Part shown: positions 39,099-52,406 of the stretch, one piece after another
Layout: each line of letters opens with the position of its first letter
How positions within the stretch are numbered: the first letter of the stretch is position 1
From: Lama glama
Lineage: Eukaryota
Reading direction: 5' to 3'
Assembly: GCA_028534125.1 (NCBI GenBank)
Contig: CM052818.1
Span: 34,598,001 to 34,662,000, forward strand
DNA: 64,000 nt
The notes under the pieces: generated by a model
The model's database searches: none
What the model was told of the DNA's origin: nothing
What the model saw: only the letters and a program-made list of their open reading frames with translations
Program-made: the position numbers and the translations under genes

Positions 39099-39279
39099 TG
39101 TGATGTTTGCAAAGGCTGTCCCAACCATAAAATAGAATACTCTAGGATGTAACTCTAAAATATCTGAAGGTGACTGGAGGATCCATGCTGTAGACAAAAC
39201 GAATAGCAAACATGGAGAAAAGAAGGGAACCATAGCTTCATACACTGAATTGTGTTTCAAGGTGTTATTTTTATAGCTT
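39099..39279 (-). CDS. SELENOI: SELENOI exon 8 ([60 protein letters not shown])
   Basis: 181 nt, poly-T tract then cag acceptor, donor ACA|gtaaga. Within ORF 39018..39314. Confidence 0.95.
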
Positions 39280-40696
39280 CTGAAAAAAAAAAAATCAAGT
39301 AATACAAAGAACATTATTACATATAAAACTTACATTGTACTTGTACTATATAGTTTTCAAAGTACTTTTACATTTATTCTTTTATTTTTTTACTCACAAT
39401 AATCTCATGACATACGCAGAACTAACATTACTAATCCCATTTACAGTCAGGTTAAGTGAGGATGTGAAAGGTTAAATTTATATAACTTGCTACCAAGTGG
39501 AAAGGCCAGGACTAGAACGGAAGTCTTATGACCCCTAGTCTCATTCTTCCCCTTGGAATGTAAAGGATGAATAAAACTCGGTCTTTGTTCTTTGAGATTA
39601 TATTCTAATAGGAAAAACAAAATGAACACAAAATATACTAGAAGAGCACCTCACAGTGCTACTGTATCACAACTTAAGAGTAAAAGACTGAACTGAGACT
39701 GGCCACAGAGTATCTCGTGTTTCTGAGCACGTAGGTAGGTGGTGATCCGATATATGTTTGCTCATCTGAACTGTGCCCTCAATCCTCATCCTCGTTCTAC
39801 AACTAATTACATGATCTTAGGCAAGATATTGCCCAAAAAGGACAGGACCTCAACTTTAGAGGAGGAGGATATGACTTAAATACTCTCTAAGGCCTTCAGA
39901 GCTTTAAAGTCTATGGCTTCTATGAATGACTGCCAGCTGCCATAAATAGGGAAGATTCATAGAGCTTGACTTGACATAGACAGGATTCTGTAAGACAGAT
40001 TTGAGCACTGAAAGATGAAATGGGAAGTACAAAAAATGTTGCAAGTAGAAAGAACAGTAGAGCAAAGAGTGGGAGCAAAAGTACTGAGGAGGCAAAAGAG
40101 CAAAACATATTCAGGTCACAGAAGTAAATTCAATGTGGCTGAGCCAAAGTGGAAAAGTGCACAGATCAGAGAAATGGAACCCCACCAGGGCAACACCCTC
40201 CCAATGCCTATCCAACTCCTCAGGCAGGAATTTCCATATGGTGCTATTTGAGAAGAGTCAGCATAGGTCAAGGATTTGGTCCTATACTATACACATTGAG
40301 AAATTTTATTTCATGATCATGCTAACTAAACTTACACAATTTATAAAAACTTATAATCAATTTATAAAAAGAATGTAAACCTATCAATATTTGACAAGAA
40401 CATACTCCCTCCTGATTTCACTTGCAAAAAAAAACAAAAGACAAATTAAAAGACCATTTGGTGAGCTCAAAAACTGTTACAAAAGAACTAGTAGTTTTGT
40501 GCTATGGTTGAACTGACAACACAAGCCACCATAGATAACCAACTTATCCTAACCTCATTCTAGATTCAAAATATAGGTCTCATGGCCTTTTCAAAATGTC
40601 CCGACTCCAAAAGAGAAAGAGATCCTAAAATTCATCTAAAGAACAATTTTTGAAGATTTTCATATTTCTTGCCCAATTAAAAAATAAAATATTTAC

Positions 40697-40745
40697 CTGA
40701 AAAAGTTTAATAAACTCATTGGAAGAGTCACGCATAACGCACAAC
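40697..40745 (-). CDS. SELENOI: SELENOI exon 7 (GCALCVTLPMSLLNFFR)
   Basis: 49 nt, acceptor ctttag|, donor CAG|gtaaat. Phases match exons 6 and 8. Confidence 0.93.
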
Positions 40746-40909
40746 CTAAAGGGAAGAATATTTAAATTATCATGAATGCAAGGGTGATTTTTATAATGAT
40801 CAAGTATATACAAAATATGTAATATTTCTAGACCCAATAATTTGCAGGTTCAGGTTTACCTCTGTAATGAAATTAAATGCATTTTTGAACAACATTTACA
40901 ACGGGAAGA

Positions 40910-41165
40910 GTGGCGGTACAGTTTGGTGATTCAGAGCAGAGACTCAAGGAGCCAGAGTGGGTTTGAATCTCAGCTGTGCCACCAACTGGTTATGTGACTT
41001 CAGACAAATTAACCTTTCAGTGCCTCAGTTTCCTCTTTTATAAAACAGAGATGATAGTAGTATGAACCCCATAGACGTTTAAGAATCAAATGAGTTACTA
41101 CAAGTAAAGACACATGGAATAGCACCTGGTACACAGCAAATCGCACAGTAAGTGTTGAGTTATTG
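40910..41165. mobile_element. MIR SINE
   Basis: gggtttgaatctcagctgtgcc...tgtgacttcagacaa...gcctcagtttcctcttttataaaacagagatgatagtagta. Confidence 0.75.
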
Positions 41166-42829
41166 GAAAGGAGACAATTAACAGATTCTGCAGCTTCCCA
41201 CTTGTACTTACTTTCACCTCTAGCATTCTTAATTTCTCCCCTACCCTACACACCAGTTCTTTCCCTTCAAACCTAAAAACAAGGACGGCCTTCCCAAGAA
41301 ACCCTACCACTGCCTCTGCTGCCCTCACCATCTACTGTCTTACTCTGCTCTTTCCTCTCACCCCTCACACTTTCCCGTTGTCTTCAGTCCCTGAGGACCC
41401 TTACTCATTCTGCCTCCCCTCCGCAGAAACTGTACTCTTAAAGTTTATCAATAATACTCTTTAATAATCAAATTCAGTATCCTCCTTCATTCCTGACTTC
41501 TAAGTAAGAGAACTCTGCTGTCTGACAATCCACTCACTGCAATTCTTTCCTCCCTTGGCCTTTGTGATTCCATTCTCCCAAAGTTCCTGCTAGCCATCCA
41601 ACCACTATATTTGGTGTCCATTATTGGGAACCCACCTCCTGCATATTCCTAACTGGGTGTCTGGCTGTGCTCCACTCTCCCTCAGAATATCTTCTCTCAC
41701 AGCTTTAACTCTAAGACCTGCAGATGACTCCAAAATCTAGATATGTTCTCTTGGACAAATCAATCTCCCCGAGCTTCAGATTCCACAGCTGCACACGGAC
41801 GGTGGGTTAAGTGATTTTCTAGTGACTCCTGCATCTTTAAAATTCTCTGATGCTGTGATCTGTAAAGATGTAAATTCCTGATCTTTCTCTCTTTCAAACT
41901 CCAAATCAATCTATGTGGCAACCTTCTGGAAACGTCATTTGGATATTTCCTTGTCCCTCATCATATTAGCCCTAATTTGTCCATTCTGGACTCCCGGTGA
42001 CTAAACTTGGCTTGGCAGGGGAGGAGGGGCGGTGAACACAGCTGTGACCTTAGGGATCAAAGGCAGAAGAGCATTCCTTCAAAACAATTCCTAAGACATT
42101 TTGCTAAAAACAGATGAAGACTAGAATCCACCAAAAGGAAATCTCATCTCAGAAGATGAATTACTCTTCTACTTCCAAGCCCAACTGGAACAAAGTCTCC
42201 CAAGTAGAAGATCTTAGAGGGAATGGAAGAAGACAAGATGTCCTCAACGTCCTCAGAAATTTTTAGCAACTTATTGCATGCCAAGCTGGGGCACACCGGC
42301 AGGGAACCATGGTGAACTGAATTAACTCAGAATCACTCATAGCCCCAAGGTACTGGAACGAGGCTGAGAGAAACTTGCAAAAGATTTGGTACCAAGAGTA
42401 TTTTTAGTTTGAAACATCCTGAAATAGTTTTATCTTAATTAAGTATAGTGAGCATGTAGAAAGCCTGAGCTCTACGTAGGCTGTCAAAGAGAATCACTGC
42501 ATCTTCTATTTCTTCTCCAAATAGCACTTGATATACTTTCTGTAAAAAGTATTTCCTAACTGAAATGCTTATCCATTAAGCTGTATATAACAATAGCATA
42601 TAGAACCCACACACATGCAAGACCCACTTTTCATATTGGCCATAGGAAGGTCCAGACTGCATAATATAGGAAACTTAACATTTATAGAAAAATTAGAATT
42701 CATAAAAAAAAGGGTTGAGTAGAATGAGATGAACATAAAGGATAACATGGTCACAAAAAAATATTTCAGTTCCTTACATCTCCAGGCTCATTTATTAAAC
42801 AGAAGCTTCAATTAAAACCACCAAGACAA

Positions 42830-44460
42830 AAAGTACTCTAAGGAAAGTAAAAAAGACAAACAATAAACAAGGGGGGAAATGTCATTTATATAAAAATAAA
42901 GGATTAATATGCCTAATATATAAAGAGCTTCTAAAAATAAAGGAAATGGTTAGCAATCCTATAGCAAAAATTGGCTAGAGACAGGATATACAGAAAAAAA
43001 GAAATACAAACGGCTCTAAAACACTAGAAAAGTTCATTCTTAATAAGGGAAAGGCAAATTAAAACTATACAGATATATCATTTCTTACCTATTATACATT
43101 GGCAGAAATCCAAAAGTTTGACAATATACTATGTTGGTAAAACTAAATAAACAAGCACTTTCATGCATGGTTGGTGGGAATTCAAAATCAGACAACCCAC
43201 ATGGAAGGGAATATGGGAATACTTAGTGAAATTGCATACATTTGTCTTTTACCAAAATACCCTGGCAAAAATATGAAAAGACATATATATGTACGAGACG
43301 ATTTACTGCAGCCATTTGTGTAACAGCAAAAGACTGGAAATAACCCAAATGTCCATCAACAGAAGGATGTCCAAATAAAATATGGTACATCCACACATGA
43401 AGTAGCAGGCAGCTGTAAGAAGAAATGAGGAAGATCCCTGTATATCACTATGCAGGGATCTCTAGCGAATACTATTATGTGGGGGAAAACAAAAACCAAA
43501 AAAAAATGTGTAGTAAAATATGTATTGTATGCTACCATTTACCTATGAAAGGGGGTGATAAAAACCACACACACACACACACACACTCACATACACACAT
43601 ATACACACACATTAAGAAAGAAACAAAGAAAAGATAAACCAAAAAAGTAAAACTACGAAGAGTTATTATGAGGAAACAGAAGATTAAGGTAATGATGGAA
43701 GCTAGATTTCTCTGAATGTACTTTGTTTTAGATATAGACTTGACTTTGTAATCATGTGAATATGTTACATAATTATAAAGGAAAAATAAATTTTACAAGA
43801 AAAAGTAACCCCCAAAATCAAACATAAAATGAAACTAACTTAAATGTACATATCCACAGCTGGTGGCATAACCAGAGAATGGTGACTTTAGAATGTAATA
43901 ACCTGACCGGGCATCTCTAGCAGGATGAACCATAAGAACAAATGGAACTCCAAAAAAACCAAAATCTTAAACAATTTTCAGTAATCATATTTTGCTGATT
44001 TTGATACTATATAGTGTTCTCAGATTGTTATGGGTGTTCCATGGAACAAAGCAAACGAATAATTATTTTGTGTCATTGAAAGCAAAGACTTTTGCCAGAG
44101 TTTAAAGGAAATACAAATGTAAGATCCATGAGGTTAAGCAAAAAATCTGTATCATCAAATTTGATTTGGGATTATCAGTATGAAATAATGAGGTATTTTA
44201 TCAAAAAACAAACTTTATTCCCCTGGCTATCCACTGAATGAACAGATTCCTAAGCAATGATCATCAGTGTGTGTTAATACCATTAGTTGAAGAGTTGAGG
44301 CAGAACTTTGTATCAGATGAAACAGACATACAGTACCTTAACGCTCTGATCGCTATTGACACCATGAAAAGAAAGACAACTAGATACTGTGTGCCTCCTA
44401 ATGTGATGCAGCAAGAAGTATCATTGCCTAGTAAGTACTGTTGCCAAAAATTTATAAATT
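42830..44460 (+). mobile_element. Old L1M (L1MC/ME-like) 3' region
   Basis: ORF2-end motifs (aacagcaaaagactggaaataacccaaatgtccatcaacag...atggtacatcc) followed by L1MC-type 3' UTR. Confidence 0.7.
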
Positions 44461-45520
44461 ACAAAGATAGCAATATTCCTATTACAGCACCCATTTAACA
44501 TTCAAAGATAAATCTCATGTATCAGAGGATTCCATTTTATCTTTAACATTCAAATGTAAAAATGCAGCAAATCTGTCATAGGACAAGCTGCATAAATCAC
44601 AAGATTCACGCATGGTGGGAGATGAAAAACTAGCTATTTTTCAAGGTAAAGAAACCACAAGCACCCAAAAATGAATATCTGGTAGATTACAGTGGGGTTC
44701 CTGAAATATCTGTGGTCCAGGCCCACAGAAAAAGACCCAAACTACTTCTTTGCCGAAAGCCAGTGCCTAATGCACCATCTTCTCAACTCTTTCAGTTCTC
44801 ACTCTATAACTGAGGTTCATCGATAGAAAGAGGGAGGATTATTTTAGAGATAAGGGAACGGAGCAACAGACATCAAGTTTTGTTTTTTTTTTCTTCACTC
44901 TGCAAAGATCCTAGTGCCATTCCTAGTGCCCCAAAATAACAACCCAGCTTCCTCTTCCTCTTTGCCTCTTTCCATAGAAAACACACTCTCCCCTACTCAG
45001 TCATCCTGTACATATCCCCTCTGGCTAAAATCAAAAGGGAAAAATCACCATGATCAAAAACCTTTACCTAGCATTCAGAGGCTTAAGAAAAAGGGTATCT
45101 GAGCAGAACAGAAGCTCAGTTTTTGAAGTGGATGTATTATAAAGTAATCTGTGTTTCATCACTATTTTCTCACACTAATAATCTTCAAATTTTGAGATAA
45201 CTATGAAATCTATACTAAATGTCCACCTAAATGTGGATCTTACAATACAGTCTAGATTAGTTTGAATAGTTAGCTCACAAAATTTGAGTGATCTATTTTG
45301 GTATTTCCTTCCAATTAGAAACAGCTTGGTACTGAATGAAAAAAAAAAAAAAAAAACCAAGGAAACTTTTTTTCCTTAATGTTTGGTTGAAACCTTACAG
45401 GACTGCAGGGTTGCTCTGCTTGCTGGAGGTGGTGGGGGGAGTGTTGTTGCTTGTTATAATCAAACACTGGCTTTGATAACAAAGTGATGTTAAAACAGGC
45501 TTCAACATGGAGCTTCTTAC

Positions 45521-45629
45521 CAATAATCATTGCAGTGAATAGGTCTCTATATAAGAAATTAAACAGGAAAGGTTCATACCAGGCCTCAACTCCCACAATC
45601 GCAGTCACTATGTAGACAAAAGAAATAGT
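45521..45629 (-). CDS. SELENOI: SELENOI exon 6 ([36 protein letters not shown])
   Basis: 109 nt, acceptor ttccag|, donor TTG|gtaaga. Within ORF 45315..45665. Confidence 0.95.
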
Positions 45630-46567
45630 CTGGAAGGGAAATGCAGACAAAAGCATACAAAGCATTAACAGCTGGAAAGATCAGGGAGTCAATGATGCTT
45701 TACACAGCAAAAATCTAGTACACAGTTTTAGTAAAAGCAATAAGTATGCTTAAATTTGATACTGTGGCAAGTCTTCTTGCCTTTAAAATTTTTTTTTTCA
45801 GCCAACAACGCCATAAAATAACTAACTTCTAGACAGTGCAAGCAGCTGGCTATCATTAGGAACATTTTAAGGCACCTCATGAATTGGTTAAGCCATAAGA
45901 TGATCCAATTTGCCCACCCACTTTCTTCAAACACACTCCCAACTTCTGATCCTTTACTATAGCTTTAGGTGCAGACGGGCAAAATGGCAACACAAAAAGC
46001 TGGGACTCAAAGGCGGGGGGAGTTAATAGCAAGCCTATAAGTAAGAGAAAACAAATCTCTCTACTCACTGAAAAGTTGGCAATGAAGACAAAAAACCAAC
46101 AATTTAATTATATGTGCATAACTTTCTTTATGAGATCAACAGTTCAAATGAATATTAAGAAACTTCAGTTTTTGGCATAATAATGACACTGTGATTATGT
46201 TTTTTAAAGTGAGTTCTTACATTTAGAGATATAGAGTAAAATATTTATGACATAATGTCAGAATTTTCCTTTAAAATGATTGGGAGGAGGGTGAGGAAGA
46301 GTATACGTGAAACTAGACTGGCCACGTGTTAACTGCTGAAGTCAAGTAATAGGGACAAAAGGGTTCACTACACTGTTCTCTCTACTGTGGTACATGTTTA
46401 AAATTTTCCATAAATACCTAAACATACTATAAAATGAAAAGGAAACATTTTTAAAGCACCCATCAGTTCTAACCAAAAACAGCATCAGGTCAATAAAGAA
46501 GGAATGACAAAAACTTTCCCAAAACTCCACGACAATGTTGAAAATTTAACGAAGAACACATACTTAC

Positions 46568-46830
46568 CACCTGGCTAATGTCATATCCCCATGGCAGGAA
46601 AAGAATCCCTGTGTTATACTTTTCCCAGTGGGACAGGATGAAAGAAAATAAAACTACCCATAGCAGGAGATAAAGAACAAAAACACTGACACCAGATGAT
46701 CCTCGTCCAAAAATGGAATACACAGTTACAACAAAGTAAACACATGACCAACTATCCAGGCCATGGTCAAAAAGCTCCCCTAACGGGGTGCTGGAATTGG
46801 TTCTGCGGGCTTGCTTTCCGTCCACGCCAT
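46568..46830 (-). CDS. SELENOI: SELENOI exon 5 with the CDP-alcohol phosphotransferase motif ([26 protein letters not shown]...PWGYDISQV)
   Basis: 263 nt, acceptor cgcag|, donor GTG|gtaagt. The DG-x2-AR-x8-G-x3-D-x3-D catalytic signature is visible in ORF 46490..46825. Confidence 0.97.
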
Positions 46831-47438
46831 CTGCGATAAGAACACATTACCACAGGAAAAGGTCAACATCTGCACCAGTAGGGAGAAAGTCTTCTTTAAA
46901 AATGGAGAGAAACAAAATAAAACATATCAGCGTATCACAGGAATGTTAATTAACTAAACTATAACTACCAGCCAGGACGATGAAAATCCAACCTTTAATT
47001 CCTACAGTGCAAAGATATCAGAAATAAAATCTGTAGTTTCTCAAAGTTTAATCTAAAAATATGTTAGATTATACCGAATGGTGTCTATTTTAGATCTGGG
47101 GAAGAAGCTCTCTAGCTAGACTCTGAATTCCTCCAAATATGCCTAACAACTGAGCTGTCCCACAAGCCACAAATTCTTAAGCCTCCAGAGAACATTCAGT
47201 AGTCGTTCATGATAATTTATCTAACCACTCCTTGCTTCAATCATAACACCTGTTTCATCTTGCTTGCTATCACAGTCACTTCTTTACAGATGTACGATCT
47301 CCACAATTTTAAGTGCTTTCAGAAATGGCTTTGAGTAAATATATATATTGCATAATGTATGTTGAGTAATTGTAAGAATTAAATTTATTGAAACTGTGCA
47401 ATGCACTATTCTTGATGCTGTGAAGATCATAAAAATCT

Positions 47439-47521
47439 TAGAATAAACTTCTAGTAGTTTAAACTAGAATAAACTAGTAGAATAAACTAGTCTAGTAGTT
47501 CTAATAGACTAGTAGAATAAA
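47439..47521. repeat. Mosaic micro-repeat of tagaataaa(ct)/ctagtag units
   Basis: tagaataaa occurs four times, and ctagtag/ctag units recur in shuffled order. Confidence 0.8.
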
Positions 47522-47859
47522 TGAAGATTATAAATTGTTACTTCAAGGCAGGTTTTACAACAAATAGTTCACAGTAAGTTTGTGCCCTCAAAAGTGTTTA
47601 AAATCGAGAAAGGAGGCAAAACATGACATTAAAGATATGATATATCACAAACCACAGAAGAACACAGAAAAGGGATGAGTTCTCTTCAGGCTAAGAGAAA
47701 CCAGACTGGCTTTCCAGACAAGATGAAATCTGAGTGGGGACATAAAGAATGGGTTGGATTTCAGTAGACAGGAGGTAAAGGAGTCTGCCACTTCAAGAGG
47801 AAGCAGTGCTATCAGCAAAAACACCAAGACAGAAAAGCATACCCTTCAGAGAATTGGCA

Positions 47860-48020
47860 CTGTGGACCAAATGGTCTCTGTTGCAACTATTCAATGGTGT
47901 CTTTGTTGCAGAAAAGCAGCACAGACATGTAAAGGATGAGCAGAGCTGTGTTTCACTAAAACGTCACTTACAAAACCCAGCAACTGGTCAGATTTGGCCC
48001 ACAAGTGGTAGTTAGCCAAT
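47860..48020 (-). mobile_element. Partial MER58A-like element
   Basis: atggtctctgttgcaactattcaa...gatttggcccacaagtggtagttagccaa, related to 54165-54370. Confidence 0.6.
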
Positions 48021-48225
48021 TCTTATCTTATTCTTTGAAATCCTAGCAAATGACAGTATTTTTCACAGAGAAACTCAAAAACATATTTATCAAATTAGAA
48101 AGGATATTAATAAACCCTAGTTAAAATGAATTAAGCATAGGAGAAAAATGTTAATTTAGTAGGTGGCTATCCTTCCTGACAGTTTTACCAGCCATTGGCT
48201 AAAATGAGTATTCGCAATTTCTTAC

Positions 48226-48300
48226 CTAGAGTGTAGGCTGTGAAGTTTAGGATGCCTACTACAATCCAAACCCAATCAGGTACGTGCTTGTGACCTGGTG
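48226..48300 (-). CDS. SELENOI: SELENOI exon 4 ([25 protein letters not shown])
   Basis: 75 nt, acceptor ttacag|, donor TAG|gtaaga, in frame. Confidence 0.95.
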
Positions 48301-48619
48301 CTGTAAGGAAAAGCAACTCAGATTTTAATGCAGTCTAAGCACAACTGTTCTTATCATGTATATACTGTCAGTGAGAAATGTTTCTATTTATTAAATAGAA
48401 GTTGAAGTACTTTACAATATATCTTGAATGCGGAACTAGGTAAATATTAAGATATATCAACAAACTGACAAAACCAAAGAAATGCCCAACCCTTCATAAG
48501 TAACAGGTATTTATTTTGAGCTTTAATCATAACCCAAGACTGTTCATCTGTACTTAAAAATTACTTATGCACCTAGAATGAAAAATAATGTTTCTGGAAT
48601 TTTAAAAACGCTTGTGTTT

Positions 48620-48911
48620 CAAATGAACTTATTTACAACACAGAAAGAGGTTCACAGACATAGAAAACAAAGTGGCGGGGGAGGAAGGGATAAATTGGGA
48701 GTCTGAGATTTACAGATACTGATTATTATATATAAAATAGATAAACAACAAGTTTCTACTGAGTGAACTATATTCATTATCTTGTAGTAACCTATAATGA
48801 AAAAGAATATGAAAAGGAATATATGTATGTACATGTATGACTGAAACATTACGCTGCACACCAGAAATAGACACAACATTGTAAACTGAGCATACGTCAA
48901 TTAAGAAAAAA
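48620..48911 (+). mobile_element. L1 3' end (artiodactyl-type) with TSD
   Basis: Related to 38514-38676. gcttgtgttt repeated at 48610-48619 and 48912-48921. Confidence 0.85.
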
Positions 48912-50523
48912 GCTTGTGTTTGATCTTTGTTGTTTATAATTATACTATAAGCATGTATTAAGTCTTCAACCTAAACTGTCACTATATTGTTAATTAGATA
49001 ACAAAAGACCTTTTGATTTGGGTATAGACAGATTACCTTAACTGGATGACTTTGGCATCAGAATCATTCTGAAATGTCTGGACCTCACTTTTGTCCCCTA
49101 AGATAGAACAACTAAGATTCAGGAGGTCTGGGGTCTAGTCCTGGGCTCTGTCATCAACCAATATTGTGACCTTGAGTATATGATCGAACCATTTCCCAAA
49201 TACAGTGGAACTAGATGGTTCATATGATCCTCAAGTTGAATGACTTGGGAAACATAGTAACATTTACATACTTTTAGCTCTCTTAATAACTAAGTAAATA
49301 ATCTTATTTAGTCAGGGAAAATAATATTTCTAGTTACAAAGATAAACTTTTGAGGATATCCTGAGGATTAAAATACAAAATTTTCTTAAAAAACAGTATC
49401 AAGATCATACTTAAGGAAATTTAATCTTATTTATTATTCATTTGGTACTCATGATCTTCAATTACCATTTTATTACATGTACAGAAGCTATGGCTAATAT
49501 TTTCAGTTGATAAAGTTAAGCATATGTATAATTTCAATATTCAGAATTTCTATAATATCACAAATCCCTAAGTGTTTGAAACTCCGAATTTTCCTACAAA
49601 AACAATGCTGCCAGTGATTGTTAATTTTTCTAGGTCAGTGCAGAAAGTCTGCTGAACTCATAACAGAGATGAATTATAGTACAAAAACTCCTGACTACAA
49701 CATTTACAAGTACACTTATTGGAAAATATATCCTCTAACTTAGAATGCAAAAAATACTCATCTACCTCTGTCTTTCTTTCTATTCCTTTCAATTCCATCA
49801 ACTGGCTGAGCGATGGAAGCAAACTGTGTCTCCCACATATTCCGCCTCATCCTGAATACACCCCAGATTCTCTTCCATGGCCAGGGCAGAAGCTGGGTGT
49901 GGAGGAAGTGAAGACAGGAATAGGTGGGAAAGAAGAAACTGGAGTTCGAGGCTGAAAACTGCCCCAAAAATGCATTTTTCCTCTCTTCCTCAGTAAGGGT
50001 CCAGACTTCTGTCAATAAATATTTAAAGATCTAACAACCATTTTCAGAGGAAACTTGAAGTTATTAAAGGCAAGTATGGATGCTGGAGCTGAGGGAAAGA
50101 GATATCATACTCCCCTTAGAAAAAGATGATTTTTATTCCATAACTAGAAAGAGGGAAGGGATATTTCTGGAATTGGTAGGTATGTTGGGCCCTGCTTATA
50201 TTCATTTTCAGGAAAAATTTCAGTCCTAATTTTCTGTCGTCTTATAAATCCAATTACTCTTTATTTACCAAAACCTCACTGCTTTTTAGACAGCATATCT
50301 AAATTCAATAGCCAAGTTGGCTTCTAGAACTTAACAGAAACATACATGACAGACTGTGAAAACACAACTTAGCTCTTCCACCCAATTCGAACATTTTACA
50401 TACCCTTAAAATATCTAAAACTTTTCAGAAATGCAAATATCTTAAGAGAACCAGAAATTAGCCATATCTCACTTTTCTCTATTTGGACACTATTTAAATT
50501 TTATATGAAAGTAATAATCTTAC

Positions 50524-50632
50524 CTGAAGCATAAAAGTCAGGATCAAAGTATGCCATAAGTAGAAAATTGAACACAACCAGCAGAAAGCCAGAAAAGGTT
50601 ATCAGATTTGGAGCCAGCCAAGTAGGAAATAC
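50524..50632 (-). CDS. SELENOI: SELENOI exon 3 ([36 protein letters not shown])
   Basis: 109 nt, acceptor aaactag|, donor CAG|gtaaga. WLAPNLIT motif typical of the CEPT/CPT/EPT family. Confidence 0.95.
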
Positions 50633-51095
50633 CTAGTTTTTTTTCAAAATAATTACAAAATAATTAAAGTATAGAAATCTCTCTGTCCACTACATACCAT
50701 AATATGCAAATCTGTCATAATAAAAGCTATAAATTCGAAGGATCTACAGGAGTTATGTATTTTAAACTGTAAACCATAATCTCCAGTTAATAGAAATAAG
50801 CATCTCTATTTTCTATATTTTAAATAATTCTATAATCAACAGACTTTTATAATCATAACATTATGTTTATTTTAGAAAAGTTTAAAAAGCATTTTATAAA
50901 TATGATAGATTCTGGAGCATAAACTTACACTTCAACGAAGATAAATCCTCAGTTTGTGACAAAGGGAAAGGAGGCTGGTAGAGGTATTCTCTAAATGTCT
51001 CACTGTACTGACAGCTGCCTTGTAATATTCCGTAAAACAGTTTAAAATACTTCAAACTTACTAAAACATAAGTGCATGCTTATTAATATTCTTAC

Positions 51096-51164
51096 CTTTA
51101 CTACAGTGTTCCAAAATGGATGCATGATATACAGAGAGAGTGGATTGGTATCCAGAGCACTGTA
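51096..51164 (-). CDS. SELENOI: SELENOI coding exon 2 ([23 protein letters not shown]); exon 1 lies beyond the right edge
   Basis: 69 nt, acceptor aacag|, donor AAG|gtaaga. Peptide recognised as EPT1/SELENOI. Confidence 0.95.
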
Positions 51165-51519
51165 CTGTTAAGAAATGAAAGAAGATACTCAGAGTTAATC
51201 CTTGCATGCTAGCAAGTAGAACAATATTTCTCAAATGAAAATTAATAGTACAAAACAACCTGGAGAACATATCTATTTATGATGTCCTCATCTGAGTAAA
51301 AACTGGAAGAACAACATGAATGAGGCAAAGACAGACAAGCACAGCCAGATTTTTTTTACTCACATCAACTTCTGTAATATTACAGTGTTTCAGCAGAAAA
51401 TTTTATATTGCTTACAAGTACTCACCTTCTATAAGCAGATCAGTAATAAGCACACTGTGTGCATTCACACAATGACCTCAATTTCCTTCATCCCTCTCAA
51501 CTAGTAAGAGTCTAGCTGT

Positions 51520-51725
51520 TTTACCCTTGATACCATTACTAATGCACATACTAGCCATGCAATCTTGGGCAAGTTACTTAACCTGTCTTAGTTTCTTCAT
51601 CTGTAAAATGAGGATCAGAGCCTTTACCTCAAAGGACTGTCATAAGGATTAGATAAACCAATAATATACAGGCAGCACTTCCAGCAGGACCTAGCCCACA
51701 GTAAGTGTTATGTAAGTATTAGATA
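51520..51725. mobile_element. MIR SINE
   Basis: cttgggcaagttacttaacctgtcttagtttcttcatctgtaaaatgaggat. Confidence 0.75.
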
Positions 51726-52259
51726 TCAGTAAAGGTGTTTTGAGCACCAAAGCATGACAGATCCCTTTACAGTAGGAAAACGGATTACTTAAATAAGCAA
51801 AGGAAGACAACAATAGGTTGGGTATTCAAGTATATTCCCCAACTGTTCAAAGGTAAAATTCAAAGGATGTTCTAACAAAATATCAGCATATAATTATGTA
51901 AAACTTCGTGTTGATGACTTATTCCTCAGACACATGCAAACGGGAGTCTCTGGCATGTAGGAAGCAGTCTACTAGGTGTGGGGAGGAAAGGATACAAAAT
52001 TGGTAAGGGATAATTCTCCACCGCAGAGAGTGGAAAAATTACCAATTCAACAAGCTGACATCTAACCAATGTCACAGTAGTCAAATGCCTGAAAAAAGTT
52101 GCAACTTTGTTTTCTATTTATGTTTAGTATATACATAAGAAGTAAACATTTGAGTATCTAATTTTTTTTAAAAATAATCATTAAAGATCAAAATTTCTTC
52201 CTGAATGCTTTAGGAGTATGCAGGAAATATATTCCCAATGTGTTTGAACACTTAATTCA

Positions 52260-52406
52260 AAAACAAAAACAAAACGGGGGGGTGGCGGTAATTAGGTGTT
52301 TATTTATTTGTAACAAAGGTACTGGGTATTGAACCCACCACCTCATGCATGCTAAGCATGAGCTCTACCTCTGAGCTATACCCTCCCCCCTGACTATACC
52401 CTCCCC
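52260..52406 (-). mobile_element. Vic-1-like SINE, long-tail form with a duplicated 5' end
   Basis: Same consensus as the other copies. The head segment ctataccctcccc is present twice. Confidence 0.85.

Noticed and set aside
46568..46573. Tandem GTG-GT alternative donor at SELENOI exon 5
   Set aside because: The upstream CAG|GTGGTA is much weaker than GTG|gtaagt, and nothing in the sequence supports its use.
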